A stretch of 48,946 nt of DNA from Anaerolineales bacterium. GTDB taxonomy: Bacteria; Chloroflexota; Anaerolineae; Caldilineales; Caldilineaceae. Shown one piece after another: positions 20,032 through 30,883 of the stretch; position 1 is the stretch's first letter; each line of letters opens with the position of its first letter. Position numbers and translations under genes: made by a program. The DNA lies in contig DAOUIC010000080.1 in the NCBI GenBank assembly GCA_034428255.1, forward strand, positions 1 through 48,946. Reading direction: 5' to 3'. The notes below the pieces were generated by a model that did no database searches, was not told the origin of the DNA, and worked only from the letters and a program-made list of their open reading frames with translations.

Positions 20032-23000
20032 TCAGGGTTCTCCGGTCAAGGGTTCCGTGCGATCCATCCGCATGCTGAGGGTCTGACTGGTACCGTCCAC
20101 AGCCAGGGTCACACCGTAGACGGCGTCTGCGTATTGCAACATTTTTTGGTTGTGGGTAATCACCAGGAACTGGGTGACGACCGCCAGCTCCCGCAGGACC
20201 TCGCCCACGCGGTCGATGTTGGCTTCGTCCAAGGGGGCGTCCACTTCGTCCAGCACGCAAAACGGAGGCTGGTGGAAGCTGAGAATGGCACACGTCAGCG
20301 CCACGGCCGTCAGTGCCTTTTCCCCTCCCGACAAGGCAAACGTCGGCTGTACCGGCCTACCCGGCAGCTGCACAAACAGATGAACGCCGGGCACAACATC
20401 GGGTAGTGGTTCGGCAAACTCCAGCCAAGCCCTGCCACCGCCGAACAGCCGCCCGAAATAGTCCTTGAAGCCCTGATTGATCCGATCGAAGGCGGCCAGG
20501 GTCTTCGTTTCGAGGTCCTCGTCGATGCCGTCGGCGATCGCCTGCAGCCTGTTCTCCGATTCCTCCAAATCCGCCAGCTGTTCGGCCAACAGGTCGAGGC
20601 GTGCCTGCTGCTGCTTGAACGCGAGGTAGATGTCCTGGTCCACGGTTCCACACCGGAGAATGCGCTGTCGCAGTCCCTGCCGTTGCGGAAGGTCGTCCCG
20701 CGGCTGCCAGGTTCCGGCGGCAACCGAGGCCCGACATCGCGCCAACCGCTCCCGGGCCTGGAGCTCGTCCGCCTCGGGCAGCGCCTCGCCCCGCACCAGT
20801 GCCAGGTCGTCTGCCAACATGGCCGGCAGTGCTGCCTGCTCGGTTCCGGCCATGTCCAGTTCCATTTCAAGTCGCGCCAGGCGGGTCTGCACCGCGTTCA
20901 AATCCGTGTTCAGGCGCTGCCGCTCCTCATCCAGTTCCCTTTGCCGGTCCAGAAAGATTCGGGTGGCGTTCCCCAGTTGTTCAAGGCGCGCCGTCTCGCT
21001 TGCAAGGAGGTTGGACCGGTCCTCCTGCTGGTCTGCCAGAATTCGGACCTCCTGCTCCAGTTGGGCAGTCTGGACTTGCAGTGATTCCAGGCTTGCCACC
21101 ACGCGACCTGCCTCTCCCTGCGCAGAGTCTTCCGCGGCCGTCGCCCGCCGTACCTGCTCTGCAACCTTCTGGGCGGCGATTTCGGTCTCGTGGAGGTTCT
21201 GGCGGGCCTCGGCCAACCTGGAAGACGTGTCGTGGGCATCCGCTTGATCGGTGTCTGTTCGCAACTGCGTCAGCCTGGTCTCCAGCTTTGATCGCCGGCC
21301 CTGCAACTCGCGCTCGCTGTCCTGGTGTGCCCGCATTCGTTTGTTGAGATCGTCAACGGCTTGTCGCAATTGGCCCGACTCCTGTGCCGTGGCTTCCTGT
21401 TCAGCCTGCAGGCCGCGCAGCTGGGCTGTCAGATCGCGGATGCGCCGCCTGGCATGTTCCTTGGCAGCTTCTGCCGTCTCCAGTACATGCTTCATGTCGG
21501 CTGCGTGCTGTGCCGCTTCATCCACCTCCCGGCGAGCCTGATCCGTCCGCGCACGCGCCTCGGACAGCCGGAGTTCGATCTGGGCCTCCGCCTTCCGATC
21601 CGCCTCATCCTCATGCACCATGGACAGGAGGCGATCCGCCGCTTCCTCCTCCGTCGCAGGGGTACCGACCACACCCGGAGCCCTGAACAGGCATCCGTCC
21701 CTGGTGGCAATCTGCCATGCCCGGCCGGGTTCGAGTTCATTCCACAAGCGATTGGCGGTCTCGAGGTTTTCGACCACCCAACAGTGGCCAAGCAGCGCCC
21801 GCACCACGGGCCGCAACTCGTTGTTGCAATGCACCAGTTCGCTTGCCACGCCGGCTCCCTCACGCCTGTGCGGTACCGGCCAGGACGCCGGCACGCGGTC
21901 GATTGCCGCGACCATGACACCGAGGTGGCCATCGGCGTTGGGTGGCAAAAGCTGCAAAGCGCCGTTCCAGTGCCGGACCACGAGACACTGTGCCCAGGGC
22001 CCCAGACATGCGGCTACGGCTGCCCTCCATGCGGGTTGCACATCCAGAAGGGCGCCGAGCAGACCTATGGTGTCGAGGGAATTGGCCTGTGCCTGTGACA
22101 GGTTGAAATCCCCGATGCGTGCGTCCAGGTACTCGGCGCGCAGTTGTCGGCGGACCCGGGCTTCAATCTGCCGGCGCTCCAAGTCCTGTTGGAGAGCCAA
22201 TGCCGCCTCGGACGTGTTGCGAAGGTCCAACTCGTTGAATTCCGCCCGTTCAAGCCGCTCCCGCAACTCTATCAGTTCCATCTCGACCGCATCGGCCTGT
22301 GTGCGTTCGCCGGCCAGGGCCTCGGTAGCTGCCTTCTCCCCTGCACCCACCTCCTCCAAGGCTTTCCGATTGGCCTCCAGTCGATCCTCCAGTCGCTGCC
22401 GGTCAAGGTCCGCTTTCAGGTGCCGTTCGGCATGGCGGCGCGCCGTACGGTCCAATTCCCCAAGGGTCCGGTGTACGGTTTCCAGTTCCCGATGCAGGTT
22501 CTGTTGGGTTGTCCGATGATGGTCGTGTACCGTCTGCAATTCCTTCGCTGCTTCTGCCTGCCGGGTTCGGACTGTCTTCAGTTCGGCCAGTTCCGTTTCC
22601 GCGCGTCGCGTTTCCAATCCGGCCATGGCCACCTCGTCGACGAGTTCCTTTTGTCGACGTTCGCGATCCTGACGCAACCCTTTCAACTGGGCCAGACGTT
22701 CCCTGAGAATTGCGTCAAGCTTCAGGACCTCGGCCTGTGCGGCCTGTGCTTCCTGCACCTGCCTTTGCTGGAGAGCGAGTTCCGCGGCCGCGCTCCGATG
22801 GTCGTCCTGCAGCCGTCTGGATCGTTGGTGGTTGTCTTCCAGTTCCGCCTCCAGGGACTGCAACCGTTGTTGGTTCCCCTCGACTGCCTGGCTCAGGGAT
22901 TCGACTTTCCGATCCCGCTGCATGACCATCGCACAGTACCAGTCGTCGAGGCTGGCCGACATCTGTTCGGCCAACGCGTTGCGTCGGGTTACGGTGCGCG

Positions 23001-23625
23001 CCTGGCGGGCCAGGTGTTCGATCGAAACTTCGAGATCCCTCGCTTCCCTGCGCACCGGGGCGAGGCGCGCCCGTACACTCGCCAGCCTGCGTTCGGACGC
23101 TTGCTTGCGCAGCTTGATGCCGTAGACGCCGGCGGCTTCCTCGATGGCCTGGCGTCTGCGCAACGGATCCGCGTCGAGCAGTGCATCCGCATGACCCTGC
23201 CGAATCAGGCTGAAGGTGCGCTGCGACAATCCATAGGGCGCCAGGAGTTCCCGGATCTGCCGCAACAGGACTCGTTGTCCGTTCAGCTGGTATTCGCTGT
23301 CGCCGTCCCGGTATCCCGTACGTCGAACCATGAGTTCCGAGGTGTCGGTCGGCAGAATGTCGGTTGCCTCGTCGACCCGGATTTCCACTTCCGCCAGATT
23401 GCGAGCCGGTGCGCCGTTGAGGGATCGGTGGATCAGGTCCGCTGCACGCTTGATGCGCAGGGCTGTGGGAGCCTGTTCCCCCAGGACCCAGGCCAACCCG
23501 TCCACGACATTGCTCTTGCCGCTGCCGTTGGGGCCGACCAGCACCGTGATCCCGGGCGACAGCCGGATTTCCGTCTTGCGTCCAAAGGTCTTGAATCCTT
23601 GGAGCAGAATGGATTTCAATTTCAT
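20032..23625 (-). CDS. smc: Chromosome segregation protein SMC
   Basis: 1197 aa. N-terminal Walker A head ([44 protein letters not shown]), long coiled coils, a central hinge, and a C-terminal signature/Walker B ([18 protein letters not shown]...[12 protein letters not shown]). Confidence 0.95.
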   Translation of the reverse strand: MKLKSILLQGFKTFGRKTEIRLSPGITVLVGPNGSGKSNVVDGLAWVLGEQAPTALRIKRAADLIHRSLNGAPARNLAEVEIRVDEATDILPTDTSELMVRRTGYRDGDSEYQLNGQRVLLRQIRELLAPYGLSQRTFSLIRQGHADALLDADPLRRRQAIEEAAGVYGIKLRKQASERRLASVRARLAPVRREARDLEVSIEHLARQARTVTRRNALAEQMSASLDDWYCAMVMQRDRKVESLSQAVEGNQQRLQSLEAELEDNHQRSRRLQDDHRSAAAELALQQRQVQEAQAAQAEVLKLDAILRERLAQLKGLRQDRERRQKELVDEVAMAGLETRRAETELAELKTVRTRQAEAAKELQTVHDHHRTTQQNLHRELETVHRTLGELDRTARRHAERHLKADLDRQRLEDRLEANRKALEEVGAGEKAATEALAGERTQADAVEMELIELRERLERAEFNELDLRNTSEAALALQQDLERRQIEARVRRQLRAEYLDARIGDFNLSQAQANSLDTIGLLGALLDVQPAWRAAVAACLGPWAQCLVVRHWNGALQLLPPNADGHLGVMVAAIDRVPASWPVPHRREGAGVASELVHCNNELRPVVRALLGHCWVVENLETANRLWNELEPGRAWQIATRDGCLFRAPGVVGTPATEEEAADRLLSMVHEDEADRKAEAQIELRLSEARARTDQARREVDEAAQHAADMKHVLETAEAAKEHARRRIRDLTAQLRGLQAEQEATAQESGQLRQAVDDLNKRMRAHQDSERELQGRRSKLETRLTQLRTDTDQADAHDTSSRLAEARQNLHETEIAAQKVAEQVRRATAAEDSAQGEAGRVVASLESLQVQTAQLEQEVRILADQQEDRSNLLASETARLEQLGNATRIFLDRQRELDEERQRLNTDLNAVQTRLARLEMELDMAGTEQAALPAMLADDLALVRGEALPEADELQARERLARCRASVAAGTWQPRDDLPQRQGLRQRILRCGTVDQDIYLAFKQQQARLDLLAEQLADLEESENRLQAIADGIDEDLETKTLAAFDRINQGFKDYFGRLFGGGRAWLEFAEPLPDVVPGVHLFVQLPGRPVQPTFALSGGEKALTAVALTCAILSFHQPPFCVLDEVDAPLDEANIDRVGEVLRELAVVTQFLVITHNQKMLQYADAVYGVTLAVDGTSQTLSMRMDRTEPLTGEP

Positions 23626-23790
23626 CCGCTGGTCAGGCGCGTGTTCGAATCCAGCAAGCTGTCAACCTTGGACACGGACCAGACCGGTTGCATCCGCGAC
23701 AGCTCCTGCAGTCCATCATAGCGATTCAGGTCCGACATCCGTTTCGAATGCGGCAACAAACGACCGTCGAGACAGTGTCGGGGGACGGCC

Positions 23791-24510
23791 TCATGTTCCC
23801 GTCAACAACCACAGAATCAACCCGCCGACCATGGCCAAGCCACTGGCCCCCAGCAACGGCTTGCGTACGGGCAAGTCCTCTGCAGGTTGGCGGCCGCGCT
23901 TCCATGCAACTCGGGCCAACACCGGATGTGCCATCATTGAACCCCAAAGGAGAAGGGCGGGACCGGCGCGCAGGTTGGCGACTGCCAAGGACAGCGCGGT
24001 ACCCGCTTGCGGTCCGGCAACGTCCGTGCTGAAGACCGCCCATGCCAGGGCGGCCCGGTTGGCTTGCTCAACCATCACGAAGGAACCGGTCAGGCCTCCG
24101 GTCAACAAACTGCCAAGTGTGAGGAGCAGCGAGTTGAGCAGCAGGCTCACCGCCTCGCCATCGGGCCCGAAGCCGAAATTCGGTTCGAGGCCGGCATGGA
24201 ACCGTTGGAGCCAAAGCCCGCGCAGGTCAAAGCCGCCGGGGACCGCGTTGAGGACCGCCACAGGCCCGATCCAGGCCGCAGCCCTGATGGTCATGGCCTG
24301 TACTGCCAGCCACAAGACCGTCACTGCTGCCTGCTGGCCAACCCCGCCGGAAAGAATCGCGGTTGCAGACACAGCGGTCAAGCCAATGACCTGTAGCGAC
24401 ACCATCAGCCAGGGAACCCCCAGCAGTGCGGGCCACAGCGTGGTGAGGCAGGCGAAGAAACCAGCAATCAAGTAAAATGCCGGGTCCGATGCAGGTTTGT
24501 ATCGAGTCAT
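23791..24510 (-). CDS. Polytopic membrane protein, function unknown
   Basis: Only the last 239 codons of track ORF 23791..25599 look protein-like ([37 protein letters not shown]..., several TM helices). The upstream 360 codons are a low-complexity Q/H/R/G/P shadow of the plus-strand genes. Confidence 0.6.
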   Translation of the reverse strand: MTRYKPASDPAFYLIAGFFACLTTLWPALLGVPWLMVSLQVIGLTAVSATAILSGGVGQQAAVTVLWLAVQAMTIRAAAWIGPVAVLNAVPGGFDLRGLWLQRFHAGLEPNFGFGPDGEAVSLLLNSLLLTLGSLLTGGLTGSFVMVEQANRAALAWAVFSTDVAGPQAGTALSLAVANLRAGPALLLWGSMMAHPVLARVAWKRGRQPAEDLPVRKPLLGASGLAMVGGLILWLLTGT

Positions 24511-24594
24511 CAAACGAGTTGCAGGGGACGGAGACCGAGGGCTGCCACAGCTCGGCGATCTCCGGTACGGCCGCATACTCCGGACATCTGGATC

Positions 24595-25173
24595 ATGTTT
24601 GAGTTGTTCAGTCCCTTCTTCCTCTGGCGCAACTCGTGGGCGGAAGTTGACGGCATGGTGCCACCCTTGGAACATGTCCTCCTGATGCTGGCTGTCGTGG
24701 TGCTGGTCGAGTTGTTGGTGCGGGGTGCGGAGCAGTTTATGCGGACCCTCACCGGTTGGCGCCTGTTCCGGTTCCAATTGACGGCGGGGGCATTGACCGC
24801 CGCCGCCTATCTGGGGACCAGTGTCGCCGTGTACGCATTGCTGACGCAGGCCTACGGGATCCGCGTCGAGTTTCCCCGGTTTCTGTCCCTGTTCGGCATG
24901 GCAGCCCTGCCCAGGATCCTGATCATCTATCGGCTTCTGCCCTATCTGGGACGAACGTTCGGAGTGCTGCTCAACATCTGGACTGCCGGTTTGCTTTGGC
25001 GCGTGCTCGGTGTCGGGTACGGTCTTGATGCCTGGCAGAACATCTTGACATGTGCCTTGGCATTCGCGGTGTTTTTTCTGGTTCAGCGCCTCATTCCCAA
25101 GGCGGCGGCTTCCGACGCCGGAGATTCCGTAATGCCCGCCGTGGATCCTCGCTTCGCCCATAGCAGTGGATAG
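24595..25173 (+). CDS. Small multi-pass membrane protein (possibly Yip1-like), function unknown
   Basis: 192 aa with about 5 hydrophobic helices and coding-like composition. It is divergent from 23791..24510 and lies 10 nt upstream of the next gene. Confidence 0.6.
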   Translation: MFELFSPFFLWRNSWAEVDGMVPPLEHVLLMLAVVVLVELLVRGAEQFMRTLTGWRLFRFQLTAGALTAAAYLGTSVAVYALLTQAYGIRVEFPRFLSLFGMAALPRILIIYRLLPYLGRTFGVLLNIWTAGLLWRVLGVGYGLDAWQNILTCALAFAVFFLVQRLIPKAAASDAGDSVMPAVDPRFAHSSG

Positions 25174-25182
25174 GGGGATGCC

Positions 25183-26181
25183 ATGCCCGGCATTGCCGAT
25201 GTCCGCTTGGACGCAGCCTTTTGGATTTGGGGGTGCGTGCTGGCGGTGTTCCTGGGATTCGCCATTTACCCAATCCTGACACTGGGACCCTACATACGCG
25301 CCGGCTGCAGGATCAACATCCATCGCAACCGCATCCCACCGGACAATAAGGTTAGGCAGCCCAATCCCGATGGCGACGCCTTCGTGCTGTTCTTGTCCGG
25401 CGTGGGCCGGGTCTCGGCCCTGACCATGAGCCGCCGGGAACAGGGCATCCTGCACCGGCTGGCGGAACTGTGCGGCAGGGCCGTCCTGCTGGACGATGTC
25501 TTCGCGTACTCGATCAACAACCTGCCGCTGGTATCCCACCGCAGTCTCAGTCCGATGTGGCGGTGGGCCCTGCGCCACAAACTGAAGAAACGGCTGCACA
25601 ATTCAGTCCTCGGGTACCTTATCAACCTGCGCAACATCCTGCACATCCTGATTTCCGCCGATAGCCGGTACGCCATGGTATACAACCGTGGCTGTGCCCA
25701 CGTTATCACCGATCATCTGCAACAGTACGGCTACGACCTCAACCAGCCCAAGCCCTTGGTGATCGTCTCCTACAGCGGGGCCGGCCAAATCGCCGCTGGC
25801 GCGGTCCAACATCTGTGGGAAGAGTATCGATTGCCGGTTTACGTTCTCATGCTGGCCTGCTTCTTCACCGCCTCGGGCATTGATCGCGCCAACCACGTCT
25901 GGGAATTCATCGGTACCACGGATCAAGCCTATCGGTTTTGTCTGTTGTTCTCGCCCAGTCGATGGCTGATTCCGCGGCTGTCCCTGTGGCGGCGGTTGAC
26001 GGCTGCCGGGCGGACAACCAGGATCGACATGGGCGCCATGAAACACACCGGGCGCGGCGGCTATCTGGACCGCAACAGCGTCACACCCGAGGGAGTCCCG
26101 TTCATCGATGCCACCGCCCAAGCGATGGCGGATGTGATCAACAGGATCAGGACCGGTCCCGAGTCCCGCAAGGAGGCGTGA
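25183..26181 (+). CDS. Membrane-anchored hypothetical protein, possible alpha/beta-fold
   Basis: N-terminal TM helix (AAFWIWGCVLAVFLGFAIYPILTL). Beta-strand/loop patterns FVLFLSGVG and LVIVSYSGAGQIAAG resemble an oxyanion loop and nucleophile elbow, but this is weak. GGGGGA SD before ATG 25183. Confidence 0.55.
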   Translation: MPGIADVRLDAAFWIWGCVLAVFLGFAIYPILTLGPYIRAGCRINIHRNRIPPDNKVRQPNPDGDAFVLFLSGVGRVSALTMSRREQGILHRLAELCGRAVLLDDVFAYSINNLPLVSHRSLSPMWRWALRHKLKKRLHNSVLGYLINLRNILHILISADSRYAMVYNRGCAHVITDHLQQYGYDLNQPKPLVIVSYSGAGQIAAGAVQHLWEEYRLPVYVLMLACFFTASGIDRANHVWEFIGTTDQAYRFCLLFSPSRWLIPRLSLWRRLTAAGRTTRIDMGAMKHTGRGGYLDRNSVTPEGVPFIDATAQAMADVINRIRTGPESRKEA

Positions 26182-26182
26182 C

Positions 26183-27736
26183 ATCACCACATCCAACACA
26201 CGGCATGCCCAGGCGACCCGAAGTGTCCGCACGCGGTTTGCGCCCAGCCCCACGGGCCAGCTGCATCTAGGCGGGTTGCGCACCGCGTTGTTCACATGGC
26301 TTTGGGCACGGCACAACCAAGGCACCTTCATTCTGCGCATTGAGGACACGGACAGCAAGCGATTCGATCCGGCAAGTGTTGAGTCAATCATTGCGGCCCT
26401 GAAGTGGCTGGAACTTGATTGGGACGAAGGCCCTCAGGTGGGCGGCGGCCATGGTCCCTATGTCCAAAGCGAGCGCGGTGCGATTTATCGAAGCCATGCC
26501 GAGCATCTGATTGGGGCCGGTCATGCCTACCGGTGTTTCTGCTCACCTGCGCGGCTGGCGGATTTGCGCCGCCGACAACAAAAAGCGGGCCGGCCTTCCG
26601 GCTATGACGGCCATTGTCGCCGTTTGTCCAAACGGCAGGCCCAGGCCATGGCGGACCGCGGCCACGAACACACGATCCGCCTTGCCGTGCCCGATTCCGG
26701 ATCCGTCCAGATCGACGATCTGATCCGGGGCCGTATCTCGGTCGACGCGGCAACCCTGCACGACCCCGTGCTACTGAAGAGCGACGGCATGGCGGTCTAC
26801 CACTTGGCCGTGGTGGTGGATGACCACCTGATGGGCATCACCGACGTGCTGCGCGGACAGGAGTGGCTGCCTACCGCACCCTACCATTGGCTGCTGTACC
26901 AGGCTTTTGGGTGGGACGTGCCGGCCTTTGTGCACCTGCCGGTCATCCTCAATCCCAACGGTGCAGGCAAAATGAGCAAGCGCCACCCGCCTTGCGTCGA
27001 CGGAGCCGTCATGCCCGTGCACGTTGACGAGTTCCGGGATGCCGGCTATCTCCCCCAGGCAATGTTCAACTTCCTGGCCTTGTTGGGTTGGACCGCCGAT
27101 GCGTCCGAGGAAGTCTTCGCCCGGGACGAACTGGTTCGACGGTTCGATGTGCGCAGCATTTCCGCGGCTCCGGCAACGATGCCCTACGACAAGCTTGCCT
27201 GGATGAACGGCCTGTATCTGCGCAAGATGGATCGGGAAGCTGTGCTGGCGATGCTGCAACCGTATCTCGCCAAGGCGTTTGGATGTACCCCGTCCCAACT
27301 CTCCGCCATGCCCGGCCTGCGCATTGTGGTCGGAGAATTGGTCGACCGGATTCGCACGCTGTCGGAAGCTCCTGCCTGGCTTGAGTGGTTGTTTGCCGAT
27401 CCGGCCGGGCTGGACTATCCCCATCCGGACATGCTGCTGGCCCGCAAACAGGACAGGGCCACCAGTGTTGCACTGCTGAAGCGCGCGGCAGACACGGTTG
27501 CCACCATGCCGGTGTTCGATGCCGCCTCCCTGGAAACCGCAATCCGCGACGCCGCGGCCCGTACCGACACCAAACCGGGGCTGTACTTCGGCTGCATGCG
27601 GGCAGCCCTGTCGGGTGCCAAGGCATCGCTGCCCCTGTTTCCGATTGCCGAGGCACTGGGGCAGGACAACGTTGTGACTCGCCTGCGGCACGCGGCTCGG
27701 GTGCTTGCTGCAGGCGGCCACGCCACCGGAGCTTAA
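26183..27736 (+). CDS. gltX: Glutamate--tRNA ligase; inferred non-canonical ATC start
   Basis: The frame of ORF 26276..27736 extended upstream reads RTRFAPSPTGQLHLGGLRTALFTWLWAR... (HIGH motif at 26228-26275), then FILRIEDTD and KMSKR. No ATG/GTG/TTG/CTG lies in frame between the upstream stop (26135-26137) and the HIGH motif. ATC 26183 sits 6 nt after AAGGAGG (26170-26176). Confidence 0.85.
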   Translation: MTTSNTRHAQATRSVRTRFAPSPTGQLHLGGLRTALFTWLWARHNQGTFILRIEDTDSKRFDPASVESIIAALKWLELDWDEGPQVGGGHGPYVQSERGAIYRSHAEHLIGAGHAYRCFCSPARLADLRRRQQKAGRPSGYDGHCRRLSKRQAQAMADRGHEHTIRLAVPDSGSVQIDDLIRGRISVDAATLHDPVLLKSDGMAVYHLAVVVDDHLMGITDVLRGQEWLPTAPYHWLLYQAFGWDVPAFVHLPVILNPNGAGKMSKRHPPCVDGAVMPVHVDEFRDAGYLPQAMFNFLALLGWTADASEEVFARDELVRRFDVRSISAAPATMPYDKLAWMNGLYLRKMDREAVLAMLQPYLAKAFGCTPSQLSAMPGLRIVVGELVDRIRTLSEAPAWLEWLFADPAGLDYPHPDMLLARKQDRATSVALLKRAADTVATMPVFDAASLETAIRDAAARTDTKPGLYFGCMRAALSGAKASLPLFPIAEALGQDNVVTRLRHAARVLAAGGHATGA

Positions 27737-27870
27737 CTGCCGCCGGCGTGGCCGGCGCGCCCGTATGCCCCGCCCCGTTTCCCGGGACCGGTGAGGGACT
27801 AGCCGACCCGCGCAACCATTTCCAGCGGACCGTCGCTTATAATGGATTCCCAAGGCCGGTTTCCGGGCCT

Positions 27871-27946
<76 letters not shown>

Positions 27947-27970
27947 TCCTGGCCGCCCGGCCGCCCGATT

Positions 27971-27998
27971 GAAGCCGCGCACGCGGCTTCATTTGTTT
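27971..27998 (+). terminator. Rho-independent terminator candidate after tRNA-Gln
   Basis: Perfect inverted repeat GAAGCCGCG-CA-CGCGGCTTC (27971-27990), followed by ATTTGTTTG. Confidence 0.6.
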
Positions 27999-28019
27999 GC
28001 AAAGCACTTGGACTTGATC

Positions 28020-29093
28020 ATGGATGAAGCTTCCCGCCTCCAAGTTGCGCGCGACGCGGCCGAACGCATGGGGCACCGGCTCACCATGCTGCTGGACGCA
28101 CTGGACGAGGGGCAGCAGAGCTGCCTGTGCCTCGATTTTGCGGACGAGCAGGAGCGAACTTTCTGGAACTACACACCGATTGCCAGGCAAGGCCTGGCAC
28201 TCAGGGACATGACCCGGCCGCAGCACCAGCTCGTGATGCAATTGCTGCATGATGCGCTCAGTCCAACCGGGTACAACACGGTCCAGTTAATCATGGCCAT
28301 GGAAGCAATCCTGGATGGCAAGGAGGGATTTACCCGGCCCCTTCCGGGGCGTGATCCCCAGAACTACTGCCTGTCCCTTTTTGGACGGCCCGATGCGGTC
28401 GAACCGTGGAGTTGGCGGTTCGAAGGCCATCATGTGTCCCTGCACTTTGCCGTGGCGAACGGGCGCCTGCTCTCCCCGTATCCCTTGTTCCTGGGTTCCA
28501 ACCCCGCCGACAGCGCGCTGCGCGGCGGCGCAAGTCTGCGACCGCTGCATGATCTCGAGGACTGTGCCCGCGCCCTGTTCGAGTCGCTTGACGGATCGCA
28601 GCGCCGGACTGCGTTGCTTTCGGCCTACGCACCGCAGGACATCCTCCTGGGGAGCGTGTCCCGGGTGGCCTATGAAATGCCGCCCTCTTTCGATGCCGAC
28701 GGCTGGATGCGGGCGACCGGGGCAGGCCCTGAGGATGTCGACCGGCTGTTGATCCGACGCCACGGAACTGGCGTCAGCCTTGCCAGCCTTAATCCGGACC
28801 AGGCCTCCAGCCTGCAAGCCTTGGTTGGACATTACCTGAGTTGTTTGGCGGACGACGTGGCCGAAGCGGAACAAGCCCGGATTGGCGATCTCGCGGGCGC
28901 ACCCCTGCACTTTGCCTGGTCCGGCAGCGCGCGTCGCCGGGAACCCCACTACTACCGCATTCAGGCTCCTGGATTTCTCATTGAATTCGACAACTATCAG
29001 AACGACGCCAACCATATCCACTCGGTTTGGCGGGATCCCGCCAACGACTTTGGGCGGGACGCATTGGCCTCCCATTACCGCCACAGCCATTGA
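28020..29093 (+). CDS. DUF3500 domain-containing protein
   Basis: Blocks I recognise from DUF3500 proteins: ERTFWNYTP, WSWRFEGHHVSLHF, LFLGSNPA, FLIEFDNYQNDANHIHSVWRDPANDFGRD. I preferred ATG 28020. The track start TTG 27969 would read through the terminator hairpin. Confidence 0.8.
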   Translation: MDEASRLQVARDAAERMGHRLTMLLDALDEGQQSCLCLDFADEQERTFWNYTPIARQGLALRDMTRPQHQLVMQLLHDALSPTGYNTVQLIMAMEAILDGKEGFTRPLPGRDPQNYCLSLFGRPDAVEPWSWRFEGHHVSLHFAVANGRLLSPYPLFLGSNPADSALRGGASLRPLHDLEDCARALFESLDGSQRRTALLSAYAPQDILLGSVSRVAYEMPPSFDADGWMRATGAGPEDVDRLLIRRHGTGVSLASLNPDQASSLQALVGHYLSCLADDVAEAEQARIGDLAGAPLHFAWSGSARRREPHYYRIQAPGFLIEFDNYQNDANHIHSVWRDPANDFGRDALASHYRHSH

Positions 29094-29194
29094 ATGGTTC
29101 TTCCTTGTGACGGGACCTGGATCCCGGTCCATTTGCTAGAATCCGCGCCCTGAGCCGGGGTCATTCCCGACTGCCGCCGCCAAGGAATCAAGGT

Positions 29195-30883
29195 ATGCCC
29201 CACGAAGCCGGGGTCGTTGAACGCCCGGAAGACTTCATTCGCCAGCGCATCAGGGTCGACCTGGACGGCGGCAACCTCGACGGTCCGGTCACGACCCGGT
29301 TTCCGCCCGAACCCAACGGGTTCCTCCACATCGGGCATGCCAAGTCGATATTCCTGAACAGCGACTTGGCGCGGGAAAACAATGGACGCTTCAACCTGCG
29401 GTTCGACGACACCAACCCACTCACCGAGACCCCTGAATTCGTCGCATCGATGCAGGCGGACATTAGCTGGCTGGGTGTGCAGTGGGACGGCGACGTCAAG
29501 TTTGCGTCCGGTTATTTCGAGCAACTGTATGAGTGGGCGGAGGAACTGGTCCGCCGCGGCCATGCCTACGTCGACGATTTGAGTGCCGACCAGATACGGG
29601 AGATGCGCGGCACACTGACCGAACCGGGTCGCAACAGCCCGTTCCGCGACCGATCGCCGGAGGAAAACCTTAGGTTGCTGCGGGAAATGAAGAACGGCCA
29701 GCATCCCGACGGCAGCAAGGTGTTGAGGGCCCGCATCGACATGGCTTCCCCCAACATCAATCTGCGGGACCCGGTTCTGTATCGCATCGCCCATGCCAGC
29801 CATCACCAGACCGGCGACCAGTGGTGCATTTACCCGATGTACGATTGGGCCCACGGCCAGAGTGATTCCATCGAACGGGTCACGCACTCCATTTGCACCC
29901 TCGAGTTTGCCGACCACAACCCGTTGTATCAGTGGTTTCTGGACCGCTTGGGAGTGTACAAGCCGGTTCAGCTGGAATTCGCCCGGTTGGAACTTACCCA
30001 CACGGTACTGCATAAACGAGTCCTGCGCCGCATCATGGCGAAGGGCCTCCTGGACGGCTGGGACGATCCCCGCCTGGGCACGCTGGCAGGACTGCGGAGA
30101 CGGGGAGTCCCGCCGGCCGCCATTCGCAACCTGTGCCGACAGGTCGGTGTGGCCAGAGCCAACACGATGGTCGAAATCCAGAAGTTCGAGTACTGCATCA
30201 GGGAGGAGCTGAACCGGACGGCATGCCGCCGCATGGGGGTTCTGGACCCTGTGAAGCTGGTGGTTACGACCTATCCGGCAGGGGAAACGGACCTGCTGGA
30301 GGCGGTGAACAACCCCGAAGATCCTTCCCAGGGCACCAGGACAGTGTCCTTCAGCCGGGAGGTGTGGGTCGAGCGTGCGGACTACATGGACGATCCGCCG
30401 CGCCGTTTCCACCGTCTTGCCGTCGGCCGCGAAGTCCGGTTGCGCTATGCCTGGCTGGTGACCTGCACCGGCGTCGTGCGCGACAGCGATGGACGGGTCG
30501 TCGAAATCCACTGTACCCATGATCCCGCTTCGCGCGGCGGCACCGCTCCGGACGGGCGCAAGGTGCGGGGCACCATCCACTGGGTGGACTCGCGCACAGC
30601 CGTTCCAGCGGAAGTGCATCTGTTGGAACACCTGTTTGCGGACCCCAACGCCGGGCAGGCCTCCCCGGACGAGGTGATGGACCATTTCAATCCGGATTCC
30701 CGCCGGATCGTGACGGGTGCCAAGTTGGAACCGGGAGCCCTCGAGGATGCCCGTGCCGACACAATTCAACTGGAGCGCGTTGGATACTTCAAGGCGGACT
30801 CGGCCGCGCCGGACAGGCCCGTACTGTTGCGCACCGTTCCGTTGCGCGACAGCTGGAAGAAGATTCAAAACAAGACCGCCTGA
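29195..30883 (+). CDS. glnS: Glutamine--tRNA ligase
   Basis: DFIRQRI..., TRFPPEPNGFLHIGHAKS (HIGH), FNLRFDDTNP, and a class I core plus a C-terminal beta-barrel anticodon-binding region, characteristic of GlnRS. Confidence 0.95.
   Translation: MPHEAGVVERPEDFIRQRIRVDLDGGNLDGPVTTRFPPEPNGFLHIGHAKSIFLNSDLARENNGRFNLRFDDTNPLTETPEFVASMQADISWLGVQWDGDVKFASGYFEQLYEWAEELVRRGHAYVDDLSADQIREMRGTLTEPGRNSPFRDRSPEENLRLLREMKNGQHPDGSKVLRARIDMASPNINLRDPVLYRIAHASHHQTGDQWCIYPMYDWAHGQSDSIERVTHSICTLEFADHNPLYQWFLDRLGVYKPVQLEFARLELTHTVLHKRVLRRIMAKGLLDGWDDPRLGTLAGLRRRGVPPAAIRNLCRQVGVARANTMVEIQKFEYCIREELNRTACRRMGVLDPVKLVVTTYPAGETDLLEAVNNPEDPSQGTRTVSFSREVWVERADYMDDPPRRFHRLAVGREVRLRYAWLVTCTGVVRDSDGRVVEIHCTHDPASRGGTAPDGRKVRGTIHWVDSRTAVPAEVHLLEHLFADPNAGQASPDEVMDHFNPDSRRIVTGAKLEPGALEDARADTIQLERVGYFKADSAAPDRPVLLRTVPLRDSWKKIQNKTA

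Noticed and set aside
23643-23652. T-loop-like GTTCGAATCC upstream of smc
   Set aside because: The flanking bases cannot form a T-stem (GCGTG versus CCAGC), and no acceptor or anticodon arms can be drawn. It is not a tRNA.
20630-23721. Several long plus-strand ORFs (up to 525 aa) inside the smc locus
   Set aside because: All are antisense to SMC, and repetitive coiled-coil codons leave many alternative frames open. The translations are Arg/Ser/Pro/Leu-rich and show no domain signatures.
24511-25599. N-terminal 363 codons of track ORF 23791..25599
   Set aside because: The translation is Q/H/G/P/D-rich and non-membrane, unlike the hydrophobic C-terminal 239 residues. It also overlaps two convincing plus-strand membrane-protein genes. 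The gene was trimmed to ATG 24510.
27969-28019. TTG 27969 as the start of the DUF3500 gene
   Set aside because: It would translate through the terminator-like hairpin that follows tRNA-Gln. Family-like sequence begins after ATG 28020.
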